Of a stretch of 64,000 nt of DNA, positions 1 to 9,966 are shown piece by piece; position 1 is the first letter of the stretch; each line of letters starts with the position of its first letter. Source of the stretch: Candidatus Saccharimonadota bacterium (GTDB lineage Bacteria > Patescibacteriota > Saccharimonadia > UBA4664); NCBI GenBank assembly GCA_019352195.1, contig JACAFG010000002.1, forward strand, positions 19,120-83,119, written 5' to 3'. Made by a program: the position numbers and the translations under genes. The notes beneath the pieces are model-generated. The model did not search any database and was not told the DNA's origin. It was given only the letters and a program-made list of their open reading frames with translations.

Positions 1-15
1 AATCCCGATGGGGGC

Positions 16-987
16 ATGGCGCTGCAAACGAAAGCGTGGGGCGACTTTAAAGGTCGCTGGGGCTGGAAGCCGCACCGGTTCGTCTACGAATTAGCGGACG
101 GGCGCCGGGTAGCCGCGCAGTGGCTGGAGCGGCGCATTGGGGCTGGCCAAAGGATTTGGTACTGCCCCAAAGGACCTGGCGTAATCACGCCGGCCGATTA
201 CGCTGAAGTTGTTAGTCAGACTCGCGATCATTTGCCGGGCGTGTTCGCTCGGTTTGAGAGTGAAGTTTTAGCTGATAATGCTAAAGCCAGTGATCTGATC
301 GGGCTGGGTCTTGTTAAGGGCACGCGCGAGCCGGGGTCAAAATCGACCATATTCATGAACTTATCGCTCGGTGAAGCGGCGCTCCTGGCGAGTTTTAGCC
401 AGAGCGCGCGCCGTAATATCCGCAAAGCCGAGGCGGGCGGAGTAGTTGTATCACCGATGGAAGCGACGGCCGATAACCTCGATACGATGTTTGAGCTGAT
501 GAAAGCGACCGAGAAACGCGCCCATTACGGTTTGCGGCCCAAAGCTTACTTTTTGGACTATTGGCGAGCTCAAATTGAGGCCGGTCAGGGTCAACTGTTG
601 TTTGCGAGTGCCGGTCGGGAAATGCTGGCGGGGATTTTTGTGACATTTGTTGGCAAGCGAGCTTGGTATAAAGACGGCGGTTCCTTTGATAAGCGACGCG
701 AGCTGAATGCAACGTATTTGATGCAATGGGAAGTGATGCGCTGGCTGATGGCGCGCGGAATTACCAGCTATGATCTGGTAGGTGTGCCTAACCGCGATCA
801 AGTTGGCACGGGTGATTCTCGCGACGGCCTGTATGAATTTAAGGCTAAATTTAACCCTGAAATTACGGAATTTATTGGTACGTACGATCTGCCGGGCTCC
901 AATTTTGCTTATAAACTGTGGCTCAAAGGCGGAGAGCGCGTGGCTGGCAAATTAGCAAACAGCCGTCCCGAGCGCTTTCTATACTAA
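16..987 (+). CDS. FemAB-family peptidoglycan interpeptide-bridge aminoacyltransferase (FemX-like). Reading frame is open to position 1, so the true N-terminus may lie upstream of the window.
   Basis: 323-aa ORF. Motif pattern (KSTIFMNL, TATYLMQWE, YDLVGVP, FKAKF) matches the FemABX GNAT-like transferase fold. No in-frame stop between position 1 and the ATG at 16. Confidence 0.6.
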   Translation: MALQTKAWGDFKGRWGWKPHRFVYELADGRRVAAQWLERRIGAGQRIWYCPKGPGVITPADYAEVVSQTRDHLPGVFARFESEVLADNAKASDLIGLGLVKGTREPGSKSTIFMNLSLGEAALLASFSQSARRNIRKAEAGGVVVSPMEATADNLDTMFELMKATEKRAHYGLRPKAYFLDYWRAQIEAGQGQLLFASAGREMLAGIFVTFVGKRAWYKDGGSFDKRRELNATYLMQWEVMRWLMARGITSYDLVGVPNRDQVGTGDSRDGLYEFKAKFNPEITEFIGTYDLPGSNFAYKLWLKGGERVAGKLANSRPERFLY

Positions 988-1053
988 ATTGAGCCCAAAA
1001 TGAAGCGACCCCCGACTGGCTTGTCGGAGGTCGTTGCTTCAGGTGAAGCCTGG

Positions 1054-1596
1054 TCAGCTAGCCGGGGGCGTTGGCTGCTGAATGCGATCGTTCGCCTGTG
1101 GCAGGTGGTCGACCAGCCACGCGAAACCGCGCTTAGTGGGCTCGATGATGAGATCGTAATCGCAGGCGACTTCCTGGTGCTGTGGGGTGCCACTGAAGTC
1201 CAAGGACACTTCGACCAGATGATCACTCTGAAGCGCATAGATCAGTCGGTCGATGGCTCGAAGATCTTTACCGGTGAACTCGGCCAGATCCCACTTGGTT
1301 TGACCACGCAGGTTGCAGATTACCGTCATGACTATGAGCTTGATCTGGTCGTACTCGTAGTCTTCGGTCCGGTACGTGGACGGTGGTCGGTCTACTTGGT
1401 ACTGCGGGATGTAGACGGGAGTCCACGACAGACGGCTGAGCGTGTTGGTGATCAGGTCGAGAAGCTTGCGGCGACGGTCGAGCAGGTTTTGATGCTGGCC
1501 GACGGGGTAGACGATGGCGGCCCATAATACTCCGAGCGCTACGATGAATCCGGCGATGATGAGGCTCGTGAAAACGGGTGATAGATTGGCGAGCAT
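1054..1596 (-). CDS. hypothetical membrane-anchored protein (N-terminal TM helix; possible winged-helix-like C-terminal region)
   Basis: 180-aa ORF with a hydrophobic N-terminus (IIAGFIVALGVLWAAIV). Lies 24 bp downstream of the 1621..1941 ORF on the same strand. The antisense + ORF 1000..1527 looks like Arg-rich noise. Confidence 0.4.
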   Translation of the reverse strand: MLANLSPVFTSLIIAGFIVALGVLWAAIVYPVGQHQNLLDRRRKLLDLITNTLSRLSWTPVYIPQYQVDRPPSTYRTEDYEYDQIKLIVMTVICNLRGQTKWDLAEFTGKDLRAIDRLIYALQSDHLVEVSLDFSGTPQHQEVACDYDLIIEPTKRGFAWLVDHLPQANDRIQQPTPPAS

Positions 1597-1620
1597 GGCC
1601 GTCCTTTTCGAAGTGGGGAG

Positions 1621-1941
1621 CTACAGGATTGAGCCTATGGGGTGCTTGAGGGCGGAGATGCCGGCGTCGGTGATTGTCAGGACGAACGGGCCGTCGGCGT
1701 TGTTGTGATTGATCTGGCCCTGACTGATGAGGGCGTTGGTGGCGCGATTGAACCGGCGGCGAGGTCCGGCGAGACGGTCACGAGCAAACTGCTCGGTGCA
1801 CGTACCGTGGTGGTCATGGATTACGACCAGGATGGCACGCTGATCCATATTGCTGTGGTGCCGACCAACAACATAGGCGACGATTGAAGCTGCAACCACC
1901 AAACCAGCGGCCCACAACATGGCCGTGACGATGAGGGACAT
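1621..1941 (-). CDS. hypothetical small membrane-anchored protein
   Basis: 106 aa with an N-terminal TM segment (IVTAMLWAAGLVVAASIVAYVVG). Forms a two-gene minus-strand unit with 1054..1596. AT-rich divergent promoter region 1942..2075. Confidence 0.4.
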   Translation of the reverse strand: MSLIVTAMLWAAGLVVAASIVAYVVGRHHSNMDQRAILVVIHDHHGTCTEQFARDRLAGPRRRFNRATNALISQGQINHNNADGPFVLTITDAGISALKHPIGSIL

Positions 1942-2075
1942 AATTACCTGCTTTCAAGCTGCGGGGCGACGTTGCCGCCGATGATATCCAGGAATTTTCA
2001 CATAATACCATCAAATGTTATTTTAGGCAACCATTTAAGCGTGTGGCATACTAAATGTATTAACCGGATATCTTC

Positions 2076-3383
2076 ATGTTTCGCAAAGGTGTAAAACGAC
2101 TCATTCCCGCCCAACTATTTCGTACAATTGAGCCGTTTGGGCATTTGTTGGAAGCCATGATGTGGAACGTGGTGGAAGGCTTCCCGGCACGGGGACTGAA
2201 GGTGATTGGTGTGACTGGTACGGATGGTAAGACGACGACCGCTACCATGATATATACGCTTTTGAATGATGCCGGCATGAAGACTGGGCTCATGACAACG
2301 ATTGGCTATGGCGTGCCCGAGAACTGGCATGACAATAAAGTCCACATGACGACGATGGCAACGCGGCCGATGCTGAAGCGAATAAAAGAGCTGCGGGCTG
2401 AAGGGATTGAGTGGTTGGTGCTGGAAACTACTAGTCATGCGTTGGCGCAGTACCGCGTGTGGGGAATTCCCTACAGTCTGGCAGTGATGACCAACATTAC
2501 GCACGAGCATCTTGATTATCACGGTACCTTTGAGCGCTATCGTGACGCTAAACGCCGTTTGTTTAAGCTAGCCGCTGCCAACGTGCATGGTTTGCAGACG
2601 GGAGTGGTAAATGCCGATGATCCCAGTGCCCACTTGTTTTTGAAGGATGTGCCGCGCGAGGTGAGTTATGGCTCGGATCACGGCGCCGATCTCACGCCGC
2701 ACAACATTGTGAGCACTCCAGCAGGGAGTACTTACACGGTTAAGACGGATGCCGGTGAGCTACACGTTAAGGTGAATTTGCCAGGCACGTTTAATGTGAG
2801 CAATTCGCTGGCGGCCATAGGTGTCGGCTTAGTACTGGGACTGAAGGCCAAGCAACTGGAGCACGGTATTGCGGCCCTGAAAACGGTTGAAGGACGAATG
2901 AATAGTATTGATGAAGGTCAGGACTTTGGGGTGATTGTAGATTTTGCCCATACCCCAGATAGCTTTGACAAAATTCTGAGCAGTTTTAGAGCTCTGAGCA
3001 CGGGGCGACTTATTGTTGTCTTTGGGTCGGCTGGGCGACGTGATGAGGCTAAACGAGGTCAGCAAGGTGCCAGCGCTGGTAAATACGCTGATCTGGTAGT
3101 CGTAACCGAAGAAGATGACCGTGATGCTGACGGGCAAATAATTATGAATCAGATAGCCGCTGGGGCAAAGACGAGTGGCAAAGTGCGTGGCACCGATCTG
3201 ATTCTGATTGCGGATAGGACAGAGGCCATTAACCATGCCATAAATGAGGCCAAAGCTGGTGATACCGTGCTTTTACTTGGTAAAGGCCACGAAAAGACCA
3301 TTGAGCGAGCTGATGGCGAGCATCCGTGGGACGAAATTGGGACGGCGCGAGCGGCAGTTCGGGCTCGATTACGCAAAAAGTAA
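2076..3383 (+). CDS. murE: Mur ligase family protein, MurE-like (UDP-N-acetylmuramoyl-tripeptide synthetase) with a short N-terminal domain
   Basis: GVTGTDGKTTT P-loop, DFAHTPDS (MurE DYAHTPDAL-like), FGSAGRRDEAKRG (GCGGdRDkgKR-like). 435 aa. Confidence 0.6.
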   Translation: MFRKGVKRLIPAQLFRTIEPFGHLLEAMMWNVVEGFPARGLKVIGVTGTDGKTTTATMIYTLLNDAGMKTGLMTTIGYGVPENWHDNKVHMTTMATRPMLKRIKELRAEGIEWLVLETTSHALAQYRVWGIPYSLAVMTNITHEHLDYHGTFERYRDAKRRLFKLAAANVHGLQTGVVNADDPSAHLFLKDVPREVSYGSDHGADLTPHNIVSTPAGSTYTVKTDAGELHVKVNLPGTFNVSNSLAAIGVGLVLGLKAKQLEHGIAALKTVEGRMNSIDEGQDFGVIVDFAHTPDSFDKILSSFRALSTGRLIVVFGSAGRRDEAKRGQQGASAGKYADLVVVTEEDDRDADGQIIMNQIAAGAKTSGKVRGTDLILIADRTEAINHAINEAKAGDTVLLLGKGHEKTIERADGEHPWDEIGTARAAVRARLRKK

Positions 3384-3534
3384 GCGTAAGAACTTGGAGG
3401 GACGCACCCTAGCGACAGATAGACGGATGAGCTAGATCTATGCTATAAAACCTTAACTTTGAGCGTTGGATACGCTCAGGTGGTACTTTGGTTGCGTGAA
3501 AGTCACGCAGCGCCCGTCCGAAGGGGTGATTGGC

Positions 3535-4197
3535 ATGACGCAGACGTGGGAGCGGTTTGTTGTTACGATCGACGGCCCATCGGGCGTCGGGAAGCGGAGT
3601 TTGCGTAGAGGAATGGCGAATACCCTCGACATGCGCCAACTTGATACCGGTACGCTTTACCGGGCGGTAGCAATTATGTGCCGAAATAACGGAGTCGATA
3701 CGGCTGATCCGATTGCCACCGGTGCGCTGGTAGGTGAGGCGGTGTTTGAGCTGGATGATGGCGAAGTGGCTTACGCCAACGGTATCTATATCGCGTTTGA
3801 TATGCGTTCCGCGTACGCCGATAAGCACTCGGCAATTGTCTCGCAGCATCCATCCGTGCGAGCGGCCCTCATGGACTTTCAGGTCAACTTTGCACGAGGA
3901 GGCGGTATTCTCGATGGACGGGACACCGGTGTAAGTGTTTGGCCCGCTGCTCAGCTAAAGCTGTTTCTCACGGCCGATCCCGAAGAGCGGGCGAAGCGTC
4001 GGGCAGCAGACATTGGGACGAGTGATGTGGCCGGAGTAGCGGCCGAGCTTGCTCTACGTGACTACAGCGACGCCAACCGAGCCACGTCGCCAACAGCGGC
4101 AGCCCCCGATGCGCACTTCATTGACTCCACGAGCCTCTCAATTGACGAGGTGTTGGCTCTGGCGTTGACGATGTGGTACGAACGACGGTCGGCCTAA
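3535..4197 (+). CDS. cmk: cytidylate kinase
   Basis: VTIDGPSGVGKRS P-loop and RDYSDANR motif. Six-frame ORF starts at 3466, but the ATG at 3535 is preceded by aagggg and sits directly before the P-loop. Confidence 0.7.
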   Translation: MTQTWERFVVTIDGPSGVGKRSLRRGMANTLDMRQLDTGTLYRAVAIMCRNNGVDTADPIATGALVGEAVFELDDGEVAYANGIYIAFDMRSAYADKHSAIVSQHPSVRAALMDFQVNFARGGGILDGRDTGVSVWPAAQLKLFLTADPEERAKRRAADIGTSDVAGVAAELALRDYSDANRATSPTAAAPDAHFIDSTSLSIDEVLALALTMWYERRSA

Positions 4198-4212
4198 GCA
4201 GATCACAACGGT

Positions 4213-4250
4213 GCCCGGTAGGAACTCAAGTGGGTTCCTACCGGGCACGT
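4213..4250. terminator. bidirectional intrinsic terminator hairpin between convergent cmk and arginase-family genes
   Basis: gtgcccggtaggaac-N8-gttcctaccgggcac, a perfect 15-bp stem. Confidence 0.6.
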
Positions 4251-4368
4251 AGTCGTTTGAAGAAGGTTGTAAGTCGGTGGGCGGATGAGAAATTGCTGGT
4301 TTCTAGGGACTGAGTCGGTAGACTCAGGCAGAGGAGTACGCTGGTTAAGTCGTCGGACCGCACGCGCG

Positions 4369-5322
4369 CTAAAGCTGATTTTGATCCATATAGCCCGTGT
4401 ACCAGGAATAATTGTGGCCGAGGAATTTAGCGATTAACTCGATGCCGAGTTCGGCTGTCTTGCCGAGCTGGTCTTGCAGTGGATTGTACTCAACCACATC
4501 CACGCCAATGACGTTACAGTGATGGCCAATGTACTCGGCTACCGTGGCAATTTCGCGGTACGTCATACCCTTGGCGTTGGGCATGCCGGCGCCGGGAGCG
4601 TAAATTTGGTCGATACAGTCAAGATCGAGGCTAATCCAGATAGCGGGAACGCGGGAATTTAGCTCGTCGATAGCCGTAATAAGCCCGCCCAGACCTTGGG
4701 TTAAGAGATCAAACAGCGTGAAGGCGTGTAGGTTTTCGCGCTTGATGAGGTCGAGCTCGGCTTGATCCCAGTCACTGCCGCCCACATGAAGGAGCTGGTC
4801 GGTAGCAAGTTTCGTCTGCTCGCCGTGCACATGCGCGAGCTCAGGCGCACCGAAGCCCATGAGGCTGGCTAGGTGCATGCCATGGATGTTACCTGATAGG
4901 GTAGTGTCAGCCGTGTTCATGTCGCCATGGGCGTCGAAGTAGATGAGGCCAATATTGCCATTTTGGGAGGCGCTGGCGCCGGACATGGCGCCAAGATTAA
5001 CCGAGTGGTCGCCGCCAATGACAACAACTTTATGGCCGGACGTAATAGCGGCCTCGGTTTGGGCTGCAAGTTTGGTGTTGACGCGGACGATCTCGTCTAG
5101 ATAGCGTAAATTGGGCAGTCCCGGATCTAGCTCAGTGCGGTCGCCGACAGCAATATTGCCGCTATCGCTGAGACTTAGCCCGCTTTTACGCAGCTTGGTG
5201 ACGATATTTTGATGCCGAAATGCTTCGGGGCCAATGTTAACGCCTAAGTTTTTGGCGCCGAGGTCGAGAGGTACGCCAATGAGGGTAATTGGATGGTCGC
5301 TAGATTGATGGCTCATTGGCAT
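4369..5322 (-). CDS. arginase/agmatinase/formimidoylglutamase-family ureohydrolase
   Basis: GGDHS, DAHGD and SLDLDCID manganese-binding motifs. Six-frame ORF runs to 5400, but the likely start is M27 or M29 (5322 or 5316). A TATACT -10 box lies immediately upstream on the minus strand, which may indicate a leaderless mRNA. Confidence 0.65.
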   Translation of the reverse strand: MPMSHQSSDHPITLIGVPLDLGAKNLGVNIGPEAFRHQNIVTKLRKSGLSLSDSGNIAVGDRTELDPGLPNLRYLDEIVRVNTKLAAQTEAAITSGHKVVVIGGDHSVNLGAMSGASASQNGNIGLIYFDAHGDMNTADTTLSGNIHGMHLASLMGFGAPELAHVHGEQTKLATDQLLHVGGSDWDQAELDLIKRENLHAFTLFDLLTQGLGGLITAIDELNSRVPAIWISLDLDCIDQIYAPGAGMPNAKGMTYREIATVAEYIGHHCNVIGVDVVEYNPLQDQLGKTAELGIELIAKFLGHNYSWYTGYMDQNQL

Positions 5323-5374
5323 TAGTATACTCGACCCCTGGGGTCTGCGCTCAAAATCTTGTACCATAAGAGGC

Positions 5375-6721
5375 ATGAACATTGCACCGAATCTCTTCAA
5401 AGCTTACGATATTCGCGGTCTCGTGGGGTCAGAATTAACCTCACCAATTGCTGAAGCGGTTGGACGCGGCTTAGCAGACTGGCTGCCGAGTATGGGGCCC
5501 GTGGCAGTGGGCTACGATATGCGGCCGGATTCGCGCGAGCTAGCGGCAGCCGTTCGGCATGGCCTAACACTTCAGGGCCGAGACGTTATAGATATCGGTG
5601 AGGTGGCTTCGGACATGATTTATTACGCTGTGGGATCGTTGAAGGCGGCGGGCGGCGCAATGGTGACCGCTAGCCACAATCCAGGCCAATATAACGGCAT
5701 CAAGATGTGTGCTGAAGCGGCGCGTCCAATTAGTATCGAGACGGGCCTAGCGGATATTCGAGACGCTATCGAGGCGGATGATTACAAGGTGGTGGATCGC
5801 CGCGGCGAGATAACAAAACGCAATATTATGGATGCTTGGGTAACGCACGCTTTGTCTTTTGTCGAGCCAAAATCCTGGCCCGCGTATCATATTGCCGTGG
5901 ATACGGGGAATGGCATGGGCGGCGAGGTGATGCCTCATTTGGATGATAAAACGCCGCTCGTGATTGAACCGATGTTTTACAAGCTCGATGGGACCTTCCC
6001 AAACCACCCTGCAAATCCGTTAGTGGCCGCTAATTTGGTTGACGAGGTGGCCGAAATTAAGGCTGATCGCCTCGATTTTGGGATTGCCTTTGATGGTGAT
6101 GGCGATCGGGCCTTCTTGGTGGACGAAACGGGTCGGATTGTACCGGGCAATATCATGTCGGCGTTTTTGGCCAAACACTTTTTGAAGCAATTTCCGGGCT
6201 CTAATATTATCTATGACGCTCGTAACAGCCGCCTGGTGGTAGATGTCATTACCGAAAATGGCGGCATCCCGATAAAAAGTCGGGTGGGTCACTCGTTTAT
6301 TAAACAGGCGATGCGCGAAAACGATGCGCCGTTCGGCGGCGAATTCTCGGGTCACTTTTATTTTCGCGACAATTACTACGCTGATTCGGGTTTAATTGCG
6401 GCTCTCGTCGGTGTGCAAGTGGTGGCAGATTCGGGTAAGACGTTATCTGGTTTAGTAGATGAATACGCCAGTCGATATGCCCGTAGCCAGGAAAACAATT
6501 TTAAGGTAGCTGATAAAGCGGCGATGCTCGCGCGACTCGAGCGTACTTTTGCTGATGGCGAGGCCGATCATTTTGATGGGTTGACCGTGAACTATGCGGA
6601 TTGGTGGTTTAACGCCAGACCAAGCAATACCGAGCCATTTTTACGCTTGAACGTAGAAGCAACAACACCCCAAAGGCTCGACGAAAAGCTTGATCAACTC
6701 ACCCAAATCCTAAACGGCTAA
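5375..6721 (+). CDS. phosphomannomutase/phosphoglucomutase (alpha-D-phosphohexomutase)
   Basis: TASHNPGQYNGIK active-site serine loop and FDGDGDR metal-binding loop. 448 aa. Confidence 0.8.
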   Translation: MNIAPNLFKAYDIRGLVGSELTSPIAEAVGRGLADWLPSMGPVAVGYDMRPDSRELAAAVRHGLTLQGRDVIDIGEVASDMIYYAVGSLKAAGGAMVTASHNPGQYNGIKMCAEAARPISIETGLADIRDAIEADDYKVVDRRGEITKRNIMDAWVTHALSFVEPKSWPAYHIAVDTGNGMGGEVMPHLDDKTPLVIEPMFYKLDGTFPNHPANPLVAANLVDEVAEIKADRLDFGIAFDGDGDRAFLVDETGRIVPGNIMSAFLAKHFLKQFPGSNIIYDARNSRLVVDVITENGGIPIKSRVGHSFIKQAMRENDAPFGGEFSGHFYFRDNYYADSGLIAALVGVQVVADSGKTLSGLVDEYASRYARSQENNFKVADKAAMLARLERTFADGEADHFDGLTVNYADWWFNARPSNTEPFLRLNVEATTPQRLDEKLDQLTQILNG

Positions 6722-6749
6722 TCTGTAGATAGCCTATGGAGGCTTATAT

Positions 6750-6776
6750 TTGGCACTCACTAATTTAGAGTGCTAG
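6750..6776 (+). promoter_or_regulatory. CIRCE (HrcA operator) inverted repeat placed between the -35 (TTGGCA 6750..6755) and -10 (TAGAAT 6774..6779) of the groES promoter
   Basis: TTGGCACTC-actaattta-GAGTGCTAG versus consensus TTAGCACTC-N9-GAGTGCTAA (2 mismatches). Confidence 0.75.
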
Positions 6777-6829
6777 AATAAATGTAACGAGTCGCTTTCG
6801 AGCGGCTCCTTAAGTGGAAAAAGGAGTTT

Positions 6830-7111
6830 GTGATGAAGCTTATACCAGCTGATGACCGAATTATTGCTTTGCAGACTAAGCCGGAGACGAAGACAAATTC
6901 GGGATTGTTATTGTCGACGGGAGTAGAAATTAAGCCCCCAACCTGTACGGTGGTATCGGTGGGTAAGGACATTCATACTTACAAGCCAGGTGACATCATT
7001 ATGTTTGCTGAGCCCCACTCGAGCGACTCAACATTTCGCAAATTCGTGATTGATGATGAAGAGTACGTGTTTCTCAAGCAGGCTGATGTAATGGCTAAAG
7101 TAGAGGGTTAA
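6830..7111 (+). CDS. groES: co-chaperonin GroES
   Basis: 93 aa, KLIPADDRIIALQ...GLLL N-terminus. aaggag RBS 6 nt upstream. Confidence 0.9.
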   Translation: MMKLIPADDRIIALQTKPETKTNSGLLLSTGVEIKPPTCTVVSVGKDIHTYKPGDIIMFAEPHSSDSTFRKFVIDDEEYVFLKQADVMAKVEG

Positions 7112-7120
7112 GGAGGAAAT

Positions 7121-8791
7121 ATGGCAAAGAAGATTTTTTATGATGATGATGCTCGCGGCCGAGTGTTGGCTGGCGCCAAAGAACTCTATGACGCCGTTAA
7201 GGTAACAATGGGACCAAAGGGCCGTAACGTGGTGATTCAGCGCAGCTATGGCGGACCGGCCGTAACTCATGATGGCGTGACGGTTGCAAAAGCTGTCGAA
7301 ATCAACGAGTCAGTAAAAGACGATGCCTCATTGGGTAAGAGCGTGGGGGCAGAGCTAATTAAGAGTGCAGCTTCAAAGACGGCTGATAACGTTGGTGACG
7401 GTACAACCACTTCGACGGTACTGGCTTATCACATTTTGAATGAGGCTAATAAACTGGTTGCTGCCGGTCATAACCCGATGGACCTAAAAAAGGGCCTAGA
7501 TGAGGCGGCAGCGCTGGTTTTGGGCGCGGTTGGCAGTATGACCGAGCAAATTGCCGGTAAACGGGACAAAGTGGCTCAGGTAGCGACGGTATCGGCCGGA
7601 GACGCCGAAATTGGTGATTTAATTGCTGACGTGATTGAAGCTGTAGGTAACGATGGCAGTGTCACGGTTGAGCAGAGTCAAACTTTGGGTCTGGAGAAGG
7701 AAATTGTTGAAGGCTTCCAGATTGATCGCGGTTACATTAGTGCTTACATGTCGACTGATATGGTGCGAATGGAAGCCAGCTATGAAAAGCCGTTGATTTT
7801 GGTGACCGACAAGAAGATCGGTAATATTCAGGAAATCTTGCCGCTGCTCGAGAAGATCGCTCAGGGCGGTAAGAAAGAACTGGTGATTATTGCCGAAGAT
7901 GTTGAAGGCGACGCTTTGGCAACGCTTATTTTGAACCGGCTAAAGGGCGTTTTTAATACGCTAGCCATTAAGGCGCCTTCGTTTGGTGATCGCCGCAAAG
8001 CGACACTTGAAGATATTGCGATTCTTACGGGCGCAACCGTGATTAGCGAAGAAATGGGCTATTCATTTGAGAATGCCACGATCGAGATGCTGGGAACGGC
8101 CCGCAAAGTAATTTCGGATAAAGATTCGACCACAATTATTGAAGGCTCTGGTGATGCCAAAACCGTAGCCGAGCGTATGACCCAAATCAAAGCGCAGGCT
8201 GAAGATGCGACGAGCGAGTACGACAAGGAAAATCTTGAGAAGCGTTTGGCGGCTCTGGCTGGCAAAGTGGCGGTAATTAAGGTTGGCGGGGCTACCGAGA
8301 CCGAAATGAATGAGAAGAAAGACCGCGTTGATGATGCAGTGGCGGCTACGAAAGCAGCTGTGGCCGAGGGAATTGTTCCTGGCGGCGGGGTAACACTGGT
8401 CGATTTGAGTAAGAAGCTGGAAGTCGCGGCGACGACTGTTTCGAGCTCGGCACATGCAGGTCAATTGATTTTGAAAAACGCGCTAATGCAGCCGTTTAAG
8501 CAATTGATGCTAAACGCCGGTTTGAACGCCGAAGAGAAGCTGTCTAAGGTAATGGAATCGTCCGCCACCGGTATGGGTTTTGATGTGAACCAGGCAGATA
8601 AGTTGGTTAACCTTAAGGCGCAGGGAATTGTCGACCCGGCTAAAGTTACTCGTGAAGCGATTCAAAATGCCGTTTCGGTGGCCGGCACGGCTATGACTAT
8701 GGGCGCGCTGATCGTCGAGTTGCCAGAAGAAAAAGCGGCTCCATCGGCTGGTGGTGGCATGCCCGGCGGCATGGGCGGAATGGACTATTAA
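7121..8791 (+). CDS. groEL: chaperonin GroEL
   Basis: 556 aa. AKKIFYDDDAR...TMGPKGRNVV N-terminus, C-terminal GGM repeat (GGGMPGGMGGMDY). Confidence 0.95.
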   Translation: MAKKIFYDDDARGRVLAGAKELYDAVKVTMGPKGRNVVIQRSYGGPAVTHDGVTVAKAVEINESVKDDASLGKSVGAELIKSAASKTADNVGDGTTTSTVLAYHILNEANKLVAAGHNPMDLKKGLDEAAALVLGAVGSMTEQIAGKRDKVAQVATVSAGDAEIGDLIADVIEAVGNDGSVTVEQSQTLGLEKEIVEGFQIDRGYISAYMSTDMVRMEASYEKPLILVTDKKIGNIQEILPLLEKIAQGGKKELVIIAEDVEGDALATLILNRLKGVFNTLAIKAPSFGDRRKATLEDIAILTGATVISEEMGYSFENATIEMLGTARKVISDKDSTTIIEGSGDAKTVAERMTQIKAQAEDATSEYDKENLEKRLAALAGKVAVIKVGGATETEMNEKKDRVDDAVAATKAAVAEGIVPGGGVTLVDLSKKLEVAATTVSSSAHAGQLILKNALMQPFKQLMLNAGLNAEEKLSKVMESSATGMGFDVNQADKLVNLKAQGIVDPAKVTREAIQNAVSVAGTAMTMGALIVELPEEKAAPSAGGGMPGGMGGMDY

Positions 8792-8812
8792 CAAAGTCTA
8801 GCCTGATCTATA

Positions 8813-8842
8813 AAGAGGCTCCTGCGGGAGCCTCTTTCTTGT
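8813..8842 (+). terminator. intrinsic terminator of groESL
   Basis: aagaggctcc-tgcg-ggagcctctt followed by tctt. Confidence 0.75.
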
Positions 8843-8865
8843 TGGTTAAGCCACGACTGATGTAA

Positions 8866-8895
8866 TTGACGACAACTTTTGTGATGTGGTACTGT
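8866..8895 (+). promoter_or_regulatory. putative sigma70-type promoter P1 (TTGACG, 18-nt spacer, extended -10 TGgTACTGT) at the start of the GC-rich non-coding locus
   Basis: aaTTGACGacaacttttgtgatgTGgTACTGTctg. Near-identical architecture to P2 at 9938..9966. Confidence 0.4.
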
Positions 8896-9937
8896 CTGTT
8901 CCATCACGTGGCGTTTATAGCCATAAGAATTTTGACACTTCGGTTAGATTTCTGCCTCGATTGTTCGGCTGATAGCTTCGGTAGTACCGCGGTTGCCAGC
9001 CGAACAAACGAGTGCACCGTTTGTTTTGCCTTTGTCTGCGCGCGCTCGATTTTTGAACGAACGGCGGATAGAGTCCACGCCAGCAATTTCATAGTGAACC
9101 GGGCAACCGGGCCGCTTGAGTTAGTTGGCTGTGAGCTGAGTCGGTGGGCATGTCCATCGGCGTTCATTGACGGGCTGCCTGTAGCTCGCGAAGTCCTCGG
9201 AACAGATACCGAGGCAATCGAACAGCCCCGCACGTAAGTCTGCGCGGCAAAAGGCGCCGGCCGATCATCATATCGGCGGCAAACCGTTGTGCCTCAAGAA
9301 CGTCGGGCGTCATGAAGTAACGTCCCGAAACGGCTTGAGTTCATGTCCTGCGATGGTGTTAGGAGTGAACGGCTTGAACGCTCGTGACCCGACCTTGTAG
9401 TTTGTCCTGGCCCTTCGACCCTGTCCATGTCACTGCGAGGGGCGCTCAGCGCTCAACCAAACCTCCGGCCCGCCGCGGCCACCTGATCCCGTCGATCGCC
9501 GCGAACATGGGATCAATGCAACATTGATTCGCGGCAACTGCTATGTGGATGCGGCGTCGAAGCTGCCGTGTCCTCGGTTGGTGTTGGTTCTCGTTCACAC
9601 CAAGTGCTGTTCGCAGGGCGGACAACACATGATTTCAGCACTGTGCCGAGGCTCTGTCATGCGGCGTATCTTTGCGGCCTGGCCGCGTCTGTGGGACTCA
9701 GACGGGCGAGCCGAACAATTACGGATGGCGCCAAAGATCACGAACAGCGCACGAGAAGTGCTGATTGGCATTGTTGATTAAAGTTAGTACTACGGCCGCC
9801 AGGGCCGGCCCTGCGATAGGGCAAAATTTGGACCGCGCGGTTGGCGGACGGGGTTCGCAAGACCCTCGTCCGCCAACTGACCGCCATTGTGGGCGTTTGT
9901 ACAATTGTACGAGCGCCCTTTTGCTTAACAAAAGTTG

Positions 9938-9966
9938 TTGACAAAGTTAGACTAATATGCTACTGT
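9938..9966 (+). promoter_or_regulatory. putative promoter P2 (TTGACA, 17-nt spacer, extended -10 TGcTACTGT) internal to the non-coding locus
   Basis: gTTGACAaagttagactaataTGcTACTGTtttt, embedded in a local AT-rich patch inside roughly 60 % GC sequence. Confidence 0.4.

Noticed and set aside
1000-1527. 175-aa + strand ORF antisense to 1054..1596
   Set aside because: Arg/Gly-rich, with no RBS. The antisense minus-strand ORF has a TM helix and protein-like composition and pairs with a co-directional neighbour.
8866-9237. 123-aa TTG-start ORF (and other 60-120-aa ORFs on both strands) inside 8850..10780
   Set aside because: It starts inside the predicted promoter. Its composition is Cys/Arg/Ala-rich, typical of translated GC-rich non-coding DNA. 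None of these ORFs has an RBS, and they overlap each other on both strands.
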